Shown: positions 46,069-58,867 of the stretch, in pieces
Numbering within the stretch: position 1 is the stretch's first letter
Layout of the letters: each line of letters opens with the position of its first letter
Assembly (NCBI GenBank): GCA_047495785.1
Contig: JBLDXI010000002.1
Span: 1,116,001 to 1,180,000, forward strand
DNA length: 64,000 nucleotides
DNA from: Lepidodermella squamata
Taxonomy: Eukaryota; Animalia; Gastrotricha
Direction: 5' to 3'
Made by a program: the position numbers and the translations under genes
Notes under the pieces: model-generated
Databases searched by the model: none
Told to the model about the DNA's origin: nothing
What the model saw: only the letters and a program-made list of their open reading frames with translations

Positions 46069-48018
46069 GATGTGTAATCAGCTCACCAAAATTGATAAAT
46101 CCTATGAAAATTAGGAAATCAATTAACAAGACACTAGCTCCACGGATCACGAATTAATCAAGTCTTATCTGAATTCTGAGTTGAAAACGATATAAATAAT
46201 AACTGTCCGTTCTTAAAAATATCAAAATTGAGAAAAAATAAAAACCAGTAGAAAACTGATTGCAAAGGAATCTAAGAATGGTAGATGGTAGACATTATTT
46301 ACAATCAAATTAATTGGTTTCGCTGATATTAATTAAAAAATAATACTATGGAGTGCGATCACAGCACCGATCTGAAGTAGCAAACTTCAAGTTAATTTTG
46401 GCAACATGAAATCGTTACTCGCGACTAGACGCAAATCAAGAATCAAATGTGATGATGGTAACAGGGTTTTACATACTTACATCCGACTACTCGCACAAAG
46501 AGCAATGACGCTTGACTGGTAGCCCACTTATTATAGTGATTGAAGAGAGAGCCATTCAAAATCTAAGAATATTACTCAACCAACTACACTATGAGTACAC
46601 ATATTTACACCGCGATTAAAGTCAGGTTTTCGCTTGACATTTGCGCAAAAATTTACATGGTTGATAGCCATAAGAACAAAGGTATACAAGCATTCAAAGT
46701 TTGTTCAATACGAGCTATCGTCTAGTGGTTTCCGATGCTTTCTCAAGCAAGCAAACGCGCAGTTGTTTTGTTGAAATGAGAAAACCCGATCGGAGAAAAA
46801 TAAATCACTCGGGTTTTTGCAGTTTTTTGCCTTTGATAAAAATTTTACAAAATTATTTATTCAACTATTTGTCTTTTATTCAAACGCATTTCTAATTTTT
46901 ATTAAAAATAAAATACCATAGAGACGCATACTCTTTTTAACCCTGGTTTCCGTGCGCACATGTTAGCAGCAGAATTGCGCTAAGCCGCTGGCCGCTGATC
47001 TTTACATTGTTCCATTCCCTAATCGTTACTCTTTGACACTTGCAGAGATGCGCATGATGCTATTAACTGTCGACTGCTGTGACGGCGTTACTCTTTTCAG
47101 AGGCATCGATTATTGCAAATTCAGTATCATTGATCGTCGGCAGATAACCTGTCAAATCAAGTAACGATAAAACTCTCATGATAACACATCATGAATCCTG
47201 ATGATTCCACGCTTGAAAACCTCTTTAATTCAAAATTTTTGGAAATATGCATTCCATCGACCCGTTGTGTAACATCGCCACCACGGTGACCCGGGTTCAA
47301 ATCTTCAATCAACGTATAAAATCAGGAAATCGGCGACTGAAAAGAACTATTTTCTTCTAGTCCCCGAGTTATCTTCTACTTTTTTCTAGAGAGCTGTGCT
47401 TGCTCTTTCTTTTTCAGTACTTCATTTTGCGGCGTTTGGAAGGAAGGATATAAGCTGATACTGATTTCATTTAACCTCTTCTTGACCGGCTTCTTAACTA
47501 CTAGTAATCGTCGACACCGCTTCTGGTTTTGAAGATAGCGAAGGCAGTCGAAGAAAGGTCCTCACCCACCGCCACGTTTAAAGATTCTGTTTTTTGTATA
47601 ACAACCATGTTTGACAACCATGCGCCGCGTTCTTTTTCAAATGAATATGAAACATGAAATTGTGAACATTGTTGCTTTCAGCGGGATCATCGAAGCAATG
47701 CTGAAGGCAACTATGCGGTCTTTTGCTGACACCTTATTTGCAAACTACGTATATTCTGATCGCTAAACATGGACAGGATCATTAAACTTACACTCTACAG
47801 CAGTCTAAATACGTCAGTTTGATATCAGTTGCTTGTGAATCTTTGACACAACTTCAGCCAGCTTGGTGTTTGGAATTACCAACGGCAAAGCGTTGTTAAC
47901 TGAGTGCCCTAAGAATTAAGAATGCATTTAATTTTCTCACGGCTATGTGATGTTGAAATATTCTTCTCTAATTATTTTATCATTAATATAGGTTATAGGT
48001 AGTTATTTTCATTGAAAA

Positions 48019-48744
48019 ATGACGACAGAAGAGCGCGAAATGCTGAGGACAGAATCGTATGAAAGGGAAGCTAAAACCATCGTCGGAAACATCTTACAGC
48101 AGTCCATCGGTCAAATCAGCGCGGGGAAGAGTCGGGAATCCGCTGAGTACTCTACCGCAGCGCCTCATTTTACTAACACATCCGAAAACGGCATAGCAAA
48201 TGACGAATCGGATGGTCAATCGGAATTAACCGTGAAAACCCGCAACATCGAATGGGGCGCGATTGGTGATTTTACCATAGAATATGGGGAGCGGAAAATT
48301 AATGAATACATAAAGGTGAGTTTTTCGGAATCGATTATTGTAACCTCGATCGAATCTTCATCATTCCAGACTTGCTGGGATTTTCAAAAATGTTGGCTCT
48401 TTTGCATTGATTATTTGAGCGTTCAAGAGCACGAGTTCGATATTCGTCACGTGTACAGAGTTCGATGGTCAGCCCCAACAAGGCGGAAGCCGATACCACG
48501 TGCAACTGCATGTGTCTACTTCACGATTTCTCTCCACAAATTTAAGCCACAGGTATTTTTACTTGAAATAAGAACCCAGACACTGTTAACAACGCTGAAC
48601 TTTCAGACTAGTCCACTTGATGTCTACTTTGTTATCGAGTCTAACCGATTCGTCCATCGACCCGGCGCAGCTCGTTTCCGGGAAACTTGGCTGAGTGACG
48701 TCATCGAATCCAAAGTGCAGCTCATGGCTACGATTAATTTCTGA
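48019..48744 (+). CDS. AKAP14: A-kinase anchor protein 14 (AKAP28)-like ciliary protein; two 54-nt in-frame introns (48316-48369, 48553-48606)
   Basis: NIEW...DFTIEYGERKINEYI, YRVRWSAPTRRKPIPRATACVYF and VYFVIESNRFVHRPG..RFRETWL.DVIESK. Confidence 0.85.
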   Translation: MTTEEREMLRTESYEREAKTIVGNILQQSIGQISAGKSRESAEYSTAAPHFTNTSENGIANDESDGQSELTVKTRNIEWGAIGDFTIEYGERKINEYIKVSFSESIIVTSIESSSFQTCWDFQKCWLFCIDYLSVQEHEFDIRHVYRVRWSAPTRRKPIPRATACVYFTISLHKFKPQVFLLEIRTQTLLTTLNFQTSPLDVYFVIESNRFVHRPGAARFRETWLSDVIESKVQLMATINF

Positions 48745-48904
48745 TTCTTGAACTTGCCAAAATATTTTATGAGATTATTTGTTACAATAAAATCAAGAAG
48801 ATGAAATCAGATCACGCCAACAACAATGGTATTTTATTCAATCTCATATTACAAAAATGACGGTCGATTCGGATTAGCTTTCACTCATCAATTCGTTTCC
48901 AGTT

Positions 48905-49174
48905 TCAAAAGGTCTTTGAGCCAATAATTGAAGGCACTAGAAGTAAAACAGAATGAAATATTCACCTAATCTTTCAAGAATTGAATTTACCAATTCGAAC
49001 TGCGCCAACAAAAAGGACAAAAGCAGCGACATTCAGCGCCAATAGACGATTCACAATGTCAACCTCAGACGGACCACCAACAGGCGGGGCACCAGAATTG
49101 CCTTTTTGAGGCCGAATATCGAAAACTGGCATGTTATCATCATGCTCTTGATTTTTCGCACCAGCAGGATTCAT
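48905..49174 (-). CDS. Small (~71 aa) tail-anchored membrane protein, possibly TOM5-like, 2 coding exons
   Basis: Hydrophilic N-terminus followed by NRLLALNVAAFVLFVGAVRI|VPSIIGSKTF*. The transmembrane segment ending R-x-x-P resembles remembered Tom5. Convergent with AKAP14. Confidence 0.45.
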
Positions 49175-50045
49175 TTCGGAAATAAAAGTTTTGAAATTCT
49201 AAGAATACACAACACATTAATTTACTCATCCGAAGCCCAATTCGTAGTCGGACATCAATTACCCAGCTTGTCATTTCCGTACCAATAATTGAATTATGAG
49301 AAAGAAAACGCGGACAGTAAGTCTGGTAACCGCAGGCTCTTATTTTGGATAATTTATGTTTTAGCGCCGCAACATCAGAGAAAATTAGAGCAGTTGGAAC
49401 TTACTATTTTTTCTGCGCATATTTTTGGTCCCATGTGCCTAGCAATTTTCTATTCACAAGCCACCATCCAGTATATGCTAAATGTATGTTTTACAAGAAG
49501 CCAAGACGGCGTCTAAGCTGCGCGGGCGGAAGTCATACACATACAAAAATGGCAAAATTACGCAACTCCGGGGAGAATAGCGCAAAAAAACGCATTATGT
49601 TTAATTTCTTACAAATGCCTGATGGCCTGCCGCGCCTTTGAAAAACATTACACTTGCAATCGATAATACACCCTTATGTTGGTATGTCGGCTTCACGATA
49701 AGCGGCATATCCAGTACACGGGGATAAAACCTAGGCCCAATTTCTTTCAAGTTTCATATTCACAAAATCGCCCCTATCACAAACTTAACGAACTTTTATT
49801 TCGCGATACGTTAAAATACTACGAGCAGAAAAATAATCAATTAGCAATTTATAAATGAGGTCGGCCGCGAAAACGAGTCATGTGACAGTATATATATTTA
49901 TATATTTATACATTAGACACATTTTACAGATGTTTGCTTCTCTACTGCTTTTTCTCTCCATCCATCGAGCGCATTAAAGAATGACGATTTTCCGCGTACG
50001 ACCATCATAAACATTAGACGAAAATACACGTTCACACATGCAAAG

Positions 50046-50068
50046 AAGAGAGAGAGAGAGAGAGAGAG
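50046..50068. repeat. (AG)n microsatellite
   Basis: About 11 AG units. Confidence 0.85.
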
Positions 50069-52314
50069 GAGTAAGAGCGAGAGCGGCTTATACAAATCAT
50101 CAAGACTTTTTTATATACCTAATTCAACTTCAGTTCGGTATAAGCAAACACAGCAAGGCGTGAAACCGCTCACAAGAGATGAGAGAAAAATTAAAATCGA
50201 AATAAATACAAGAAAATAGACACAGAATTATTCAGTTTGCATATAACCGAAATTGTAATGATGAGAGAGAGAGAAATTCATTCAAGTAAATATGATAAAT
50301 ATTAACGCTTCGGTCAGTTTTCTCACGACTTTTTGGTGAAACAGCTGTTAAAATATAGTGTCGCCACTTCTCTCTCGTTCTCAACATCGCAACCGTGAAA
50401 GGGGCAGAAAAAATTCGGTCTCAACGTAATAGTCAACTTTCATTCCGTCTCTAATGGTAAAATGCATCCAGGCGTAGGCACGCTATTAAAATGTTATCAT
50501 TATCGTAAAACAGACACATCACTAATCATCAACAAAACCGATGAAATGGGCGATTAGAAAAATGACCAAAAGTAGAAAAATATGTTTTATCTCGTTTTAT
50601 CAATAGACCAGATTAGATTTGTTTGTAATGTGTTAACTCGGGCCTTATTTTGAATAATTATCAAGGGCCTTCAATCACTTTTTTGAATTAAATTGAGTTT
50701 TTGATACAAATTATCGAGCGTTAATGTTAATGACTTGAAACGAGGCTACTTTGGCACAACGTGTTTCGCCTCGAGATTTCGACTGTAATTCATCCAGATA
50801 TTTCGTAAAAAATAAATTAAGGGGGTTCTATGATATGAACAACCGTGTTTTTCGAACTATCAATTCAAGTATTGCGCGAGTCACGCTCAATAAATGTATA
50901 AATTGATCTCTCATGTAGAAAACGCAACCGTCGAGTAACAGAGATATTTGTGTAGATTACGCCGTATATAATATATCAACAATATTTCTGAGATTCAGTC
51001 GATCTTACACAGAGATGGGGGCTGCTTAAAAATTGTGCACCATGGTTATTCTTTTTTCGCTCGAAGTACAAGTTATAGTTTTAAGGAGGATAGATTTTGT
51101 TGTTATATACTAACGAAAGTACTAACAAATAGCGCATTTGCGCTTACTCAAGCCACAGCACTCGCACTCCATTTCACGGGCCAATTAGATTTGCGAAAGC
51201 TGCGAAGCCGGTTGAACATCCACCGAGACGCATTTGTAATAAATATTATGTAAATATAGCTGAGATAGGGTAAAATCATTCATTTCTTTTCACTGAGTCT
51301 GTTTTGTTGCTGCTGATGTATTACGGGAATTGAGATATCATAAAATAGCTGTGGAGAATTAGTCGAGCTTAAAATACAACGCGGGCATCTCACAACAATC
51401 AGAAGAAAAATCAGTTGTCTCATGGGTTTTTTGTTTGTAAATAGCATGCTCATCAGGCTAGTGTTACGCGAAATAATGTTAAAGCAGGTTTAGTCCCAAT
51501 AAAATACAGGTTAAAATCCAATTTGTTGCACCTGCGATTTCAAAAAAAACAAGCTCAACATGGTCTAAAAATATTCAGTTTGCGTAAATATATTTATAAA
51601 TTCAGGATGAAATTTGTCGAATTGCAGTCATGGAATTATCGAGGCTTAGGAAATTGTAAAAATGGTAGTGCGCTAAGGTTGACATACCGCTCGACTCGAG
51701 AACGAAGTTTCATGTCATATTTACAAAGCTATATGATACAGTTTCCGAAAAAGCCGGCCCGAAATTTTGCAAGAAAATCGCGTTCATCTCTCTTCACGCC
51801 AGGACAGAGTATCAAAAATAAAATAGTAGCGATATAAATTAAGCGTCTCATGATCACGAGCAGAAAAAATAGATTATTCTATGCGTATTATCAAGAATAA
51901 TTTCAGTAAAAAATACTTTAAAGCGTAATTTAATAATATTTATAATCAAGATTTTGTCTGATTTCTACTATCACCATAGAAAAGTGTTGAGATTCGCCAT
52001 GATAGATAATACATGATTGTTTAAAACGAAGCTCGACACATCATCATCACACAACTCTTTGCATGTTTATGCTTATTATTGTCTTATCAATCATGCCGAA
52101 CTTCGAGCGAGATTGCTACTGTAGTATGCAGATGGTAGTGGGAGAAGAACAGGGCACCAGAAAACGAACGATCTTCGTCAGAGGAAATTTTTCCCTATAG
52201 AAACACGTGCAATAATAACGTAGTTTTTTTGTACAGAACACGTAGTTATGTATATTTTGTAGAGTCCAAGTAAATATTCTAAATTTATATAGTGTAGGTA
52301 TTTGAATTTTGATT

Positions 52315-55300
52315 TCAAGCTCGTGTCGAATCGCCGCTCCGGCTCGCGCCGTTGTTAAGCGGCCGCGACGTCGTCGCGCTGGCAGAGGTCGAGTTTAAGG
52401 CATGACTGTTATTGCTACTACTACTAGTAGTAGTGTGATTGTGGAGGTGCGCCCGCTGCGCCATGGCAGCCATGTTCGCGGCTGAAGAGTGCCGCGCCGC
52501 AGCCGCTAGGTTCGCCGGCGTGATGGCGGCCGACGCCGAGGCGAGTAGGATGAGATTGCGGAATTCGTCCATGTCTATCATGCCGTCACGGTCCAAGTCC
52601 GCCACGTCCATCATGTACGCTAGATCGTCATCCGATAACTGTTCACCGAGATGTCCCATCACCTGAACAAAATTCAATATTTAAAATTCGAAAAAAATCT
52701 TATTCTTTATTTTTGATTTATTCTTTGAACTTGGAACCCTCAATTTCCCCTAAATCCCAGAATTTTTGAAAATTTCAAAAAAATTCAACCGAAAAACCGA
52801 AAATTAAATTTTCTATGACTTTTTTCCCATTAATATTTCAGATCTTTGTACCAAAACACCAGCTTTTAAGACTTCCGGCATAAATTTTCAATTTTCTCTT
52901 ATTAAAAAGAGCAATGAATAAAATATCGAATTTCATTTCGAAAAAGCAATCCAGGGTGAGTTTTCTAAGAATTGAAGTACTTTTTGAAAATTGTGTTTTG
53001 AAAGCACTATTTATAATTGAGTACTGAGTAGTAGTGATGTTTATGCACTCAAGCCTAATCGAGTTCAAATTTCAAGCCGGTGTTTAATAACACTTTCATT
53101 CTTCTTGAAGCTGTTTGTTTTCTCGTTGCGCCCCACGCCGAGGCAATTACTGACAGGAAAAGTCAAAGCCATTGAGTTATTTTCAATGTTTGTCATCGTT
53201 ATTATTAGTAAAACTATTTGAGGGTGAGGGTGAAAAAATCAACACGCAAACTAACCGCGCGAAGTTCTTCCGGTGATATTTTTCCGTCGCAATTCTTGTC
53301 AAATATGCGGAATACGCGCTCGACTTCATCATCGGTCGAGCCGAGACCGCGCCCTTCGCCGAGCGCCCATTGTTCTTTCATGAGCTCAACAAACTCGCCA
53401 AATTCGATCTGGCCATTCTTATTCCGATCGATAGCCTTGATCATTGCCTGGGGAAGCCGGCGAGCACACACATAGAAAAAAATAGAAAACATATATTATC
53501 AAAAGAAAATGTTTCACTTTTCTCACTCCATTATTATTATCATCATTATTTCGTTATTATTAGCGCGCTGTATTATTATATAATAAGTGTACATGATGGC
53601 AAGATGATGATGATGATGAGGAGGATGATGATGGCGGCAGCGGCGGCGCTGATGATTTCGCTACGCCGAACTCAAGCTCAACTTTACTTACTGTAAGTGT
53701 ACACATACAGTAGGCGCAAGTTGTAGTAGGAAAAAACGAGCGAAAAAAACGGAGACAACCGCCGCCGCTACTATTACTACTACTACGACTACTAGGTCTG
53801 TCTTTATCAGCGCCGGCGAGCGAGCGAACAAAAAATCGATAGCGAATGATTTTTCGTTCATTCGCTACATTGCTTTGTCAAATGACTCAGGAGGCTTGTG
53901 TGCGGCGGACGTATCACGCAGGGCAGTAGATATGTCGTAATTAAAGCCACCGATTTTTTCAGTATATGTCTCGACTTATTAATTATTAACTATACACGCG
54001 GAAAATTAACGCAGCGAATTATGACTGCCAAAATGTAGAAATAAGCTGCGGACAATCTGGTTTATAATCGCATGTGAAATAAGAAGAAAAACAGCCTTGT
54101 TTCAGTTGATTGATTGCAAAGAGAGAGCACGCAAATGTCAGCGCGTTTTAGATATCGAAATTGGCTATTGTTATTCGCCAGCGTGTCGGAAATTTATTCG
54201 AGTAGAGAACACAATTACCTGAAGTTGATCTTGATTTTGCTCAAGACCCAGCATTCGCATCACATCAGCGAGTTCGTCTACCGAAATTGAGCCGTCTTTG
54301 TTTTTATCGAAAGAGTCGAAGCATTCTTTCATCTCGCGTAGGAATTCCTTAGCCAGGCCGAGCCGCACGACGCTGTTCGACCGCCGCACCACCGGCCCGC
54401 CCAGGCCCGTCACGTCTGGAATAGGGTGCGAGCCCGACAAATCGGCAATGTCGAAAAAGCTCAGCGGTTTTGAGGAAGAAAGCTCGTGTGCGTTTGATGC
54501 TGCGACCGCAGGCGCGACGCCTCGAGGAGCAGCTTGCATTTCACCTTGTTCGACTGCAGCGGAGGAAGATACCTACAGAATTGACACAAAAAACACTGAC
54601 ATTATCAAAACACCGCCTTAATCACGCATGCACGCGATTTTTTTTTATAGATCCCGCTTGTAGTAGTAAAAAACCAGAGGGGAAAACCAAAAACACGGTA
54701 GCCAATTAATAATGCGCACCGCAGTAAAAAAATTAAATGCTCGCTCTCGATCGCGACGGCAAACAATATTTCAATAATCGACCCTACCCTGTCATATATA
54801 TATTGCACAATAGGGAATAATATTAAGCGCGCGGTTGCACAGTAAAATCGACGCGCTACCAGCCTTCCTTCCATGGGAGCACTTGCGCCCTCTCTATACT
54901 ACTGTTGACTTGTGCATACATTAAATGCCGATAAACTTAGCTCGCGTGTTGGCCATTCCACTCTTCACTTTGCTATGCATAGTAATAAGGCGCTACAAGA
55001 CACGGCCTTAGAGCTATAATATTAAATGACGTCGTCTAGGCCCATCGATATGGTGGCAATAGTAAAAAATTGCGGGATCAATCGATAAAGAAAACACTGC
55101 GTTAAAAAATCCTAATGAATCATCTCCGCATTTTACCTGGACGCCGGCGTCCTTGTGAGCCTTGTTGCCCATGAGGCCGACCAAGTTTCGAGCAGCAAGA
55201 GAGTCGAAGTTGAGGAGCAGACCTATCCGCCGGTGATATAACTCGTCACGGGCGTACGGAGTCGGAGGAGTCCAGTTGTCAGGCCGACAACTAGTTGCCC

Positions 55301-55532
55301 AGTGCGGGGTTTGCTGAGGCGAACCGCAAACTGAGTTGTTATTGCTTGAGCTATCAAATCCTTCGTGGCCACGCGAAGCCTTGTAATGCCGACAACCGGC
55401 GGAACGGCACGACCTGCCTGGATGCTTCGAGGCGCAGGACGACGCGAAGTAAACAGTTAGCACGTCGTCCTTGTTATTCACTGGGCTTTCGTTGTTGTCG
55501 GAAGTGCTACTGATGTCATTATTACTGGCCAT
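52315..55532 (-). CDS. Calmodulin-like protein with four EF-hands and long N- and C-terminal extensions, at least 4 exons
   Basis: EF loops DKNKDGSISVDE, DRNKNGQIEFGE, DKNCDGKISPEE and DLDRDGMIDMDE. The upstream exon ~55138-55532 splices in frame (GVQ|VSSSAAVEQGEMQ). The true start may lie further upstream. Confidence 0.85.
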
Positions 55533-57500
55533 CGGCCAGACATATAAACTAGAATCGCATGAAAAAACAAAGAAAAACAACCAATTATCATCTGGAATAA
55601 ATAAATATTTTAAATTAAAGGTATAAAAATTCAAGTTTTCTTGTAACGGCAAATTATCTCGAGGCATAAAACTGATATCGCTTCGGCAAGCATAAAAGCG
55701 ACATGTATATTGGGGTTATTTCAGCTAACGTAAAGCCTTCAATGGAGAATCACTACCATTGAGCATGAATGAAGGCGTTTTCCATTGATGCAATAACAGC
55801 TATGTTAGTTTACATTCTCCTATAATAATGCGTACGACAGAAGCCGATGTCAATAGGGTGCTTTACAGTAGCAACGCAACGGTGCAGTTATATTAAAATG
55901 CGTCTAGGACATGCGGCTATGATCAATCAAAATGTCAAATATAACATATTTTTTCTAGCGGATGCTGTGACATTACAAATCATAGCTGTTGCTACATCAA
56001 CCGAGCCACAAAACTGAACGTTCAATAAGAAGCGCTTCAATGAGCAAACCTGAATAGCCGAGTTTTGAGTTAGTAAAACAAAAGAGGCTCTCGCTACAGA
56101 CCAATTTGTCATTGATAACCATTAAATTGCCTATTAGTTCCATTGAACAGACATTCGTTAGCAATGAAAGAATAATTACCATTGCGCATACAAATTACGT
56201 GTGATATTATAACTAAATACAGAATACGACGGTGAATATACAGCTGCTCGGCATTACCGTGGTCGCTGCGCAACTAAAATCAAATTGCACCATCGATATA
56301 AACCAAAAATAACAAAAAGACCAGCAACTATGGCGCATTAAAGCGCTGGGACTAGCAGATTACAATTAATAAACTCGATATCACGCCCTAAATCCTAAGA
56401 AAAACTATTCATGCACAAAACCAACTTAGTTTCCAATGAAATTCGATCAGTTAATCGCCATCAGGCAAATAATCGACACGTGCAAACATCAGCAATGTCC
56501 TGTTGCTATGATTGATTTACGATTAAAATAAAATTATGTGCAGCCTCCGCAGCAGCACAAGCCTTGGAGAAAAGACCTTTCATCAGTGAAACAGACACTC
56601 ATCTTCATAAGTGCTCACAATACAAATAAAAAGATAATGAAGACGCAGATTCGGCAAGCTGAACAACAAAGTGGCGTAGAAAAAGAGAGAAACCCTGGCT
56701 GGAAAAATGAAGTGAAATAGTGAAAAGTAGACAAGTTACTAAGATAGAAAAAAGCTGAAAGTTTGCCGAAGGGATGAATTTTAAGGGCTGGGGGTTGCAT
56801 TCGGTGCAATCGCATCGATTTCTGGCGAGCCACAGCCACCTAAAAAATAGCAGCCAAACGGCAAAACTAAAAATTATAGCGCTAAATTAAAATATTTTCT
56901 CACATATTTATTTTTTGTTAATATTTTAATTGTTTTATATTTAATTAATTATATATCCAATAATTATTATTCTCTTGACAACGCGTCCTCATTAGTTGCC
57001 ACAGCTTAGCACCTTTGCAAATTCTCTAAATCTCCTTGGTGGCTATTATATGTTTGTTGTAATAATAAAGCATGTTAGTAAGTAAGATGATTTCTCGTAT
57101 TCTCTTGCAATAAACGATACGATTGCCTGGTTGTTTCTGTCTGCTTACAGCGTTGTGCCTTGATGATGACCTACAATGCGCTTGTTCCGCTTTTTCTTTA
57201 GATATCTACTTCCTTTATCCGTCTGTCACATATGGGAAAGATTTGTATTCCAAATTGATAGCTGACATCTTAATCAAAACGAGTTAGAAACAATTCTGTA
57301 GCTCATGGCTTTGTCAGGGGTGTGTTTTTTAGTTGCACGGACCGTGAAATGAAATGGGTGAAGAGCAAGAAGAACGTGTTCGAAGATATCTCAAGCGAAA
57401 GGGAAAGGGCGTGGTTTGGTCAACGAAATTGAAGTTGGCGGGCCATTAATTTTAAGATCGATTTTACTACTTTCATGCGGCTTGGTGGTATTCTGATCGG

Positions 57501-57530
57501 TTAGGGTTAGGGTTAGGGTTAGGGTTAGGG
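57501..57530 (+). repeat. Interstitial telomere-like repeat (TTAGGG)5
   Basis: Five perfect TTAGGG units. Confidence 0.9.
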
Positions 57531-58867
57531 GCCTGAATGGAAAATGGCCCACTAACACGTGTCGCGACCACTCCGGTCAACAGGAATCTCGGTAAAATTC
57601 AACTGGGAAGATTCAGAATAGTGCCAAAATAGTGCCGAAAAGTTTTAGAAGTAAACAATATCGAGCTGATTTGACCACGTCCGTGCTCTCCCAACAAATA
57701 CCTATAAGGTAATTTTGAATAGTCATGAAATAATTTTATCTGAACTAGCCACCCCCTCGCTTGATATGCTCGAAACACGTGTTTCTTGGTCTACACTTCT
57801 CACGGCAAGTGCAACTCATGGCGGCCTTTTAGACCGTAATAAGAAAGAGCGTAATCAAGACCGTAATCAAGAAAGAGTCAAACTGAACTTCTACCAGACG
57901 GGGCTAAAACAGCACACCCCAGGGATACGCAGGCTCGAATGAAGCAAATTATAAGACCAGTTAACGCAAAACTTTTCGCATTTTGCGTGCTATTTGCTCC
58001 TTTCCGGTCAAGATTTTGCCCACTTTGCTCTTCAATCTTTTCCTCGTAATAAAGAATCAAGCTGTATCGAGAAGTATGGAGATCAGCGTGAATGCATGTG
58101 GGATGTACATATCGAAGGGCAACTAGATCAGTGTCTGAGTCTGTGACAAATTTCGGTTTGTTGCGTGGCTTTTTTGCTATGGAAATTTGAGGAACGAGTA
58201 AGTTTCAGCGCTATCAAACTAGGCTGAATCTATTTCCTCCTCTTCATGCATTACCCTTTCATGTTTATTGCGACAGGGTGCTCATGCTTTTTTTCATCAA
58301 AGATGAACGTATTTTCAGCTGCAGCTTATGTCCCTTCGTCAGGAATATAATTGATACTCTCTCATCCGATTTTTTGAAATGACGTGAAACACTGCATTGC
58401 TGACTATAGTTTGCTCTTCATATTCAACTTCGCCAAATGAATAAATTGATTAAATGGAATATAATAAAAAAGACTTATTCGAGACTGCTTTTATTTGTTT
58501 CCTTTCTGAATCGCATACGAAGACGTTAATATTACATAATGGTATAAAAAGAATTTTCCGATAATTTATCAATAAAATGTTTCGCTGTATTCTACAAACA
58601 GGAGAAGCCGATTCTCAACGTTGCATAACTGATTTTTAGTTAAAGCCGTAAATGACGACGACACAAACAAATAACGAGAATAACAGACACATCCAGAGAG
58701 GATCCAGTTATCAGTATAACATTATGAGAACACGTGAAAGACTTTGACAGGCTTAGCTGATGAAAATGATACTGCACTTGAGTCTGCATAGCTGGAGATT
58801 CATATAAACAACAAATAGTATAGCAATCAGTGACTCGCAGGACAGACATAAATACGCGATAATTAAT

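Noticed and set aside
47270-47310. tRNA/SINE B-box-like GGTTCAAATC
   Set aside because: No cloverleaf, A box or terminator could be built.
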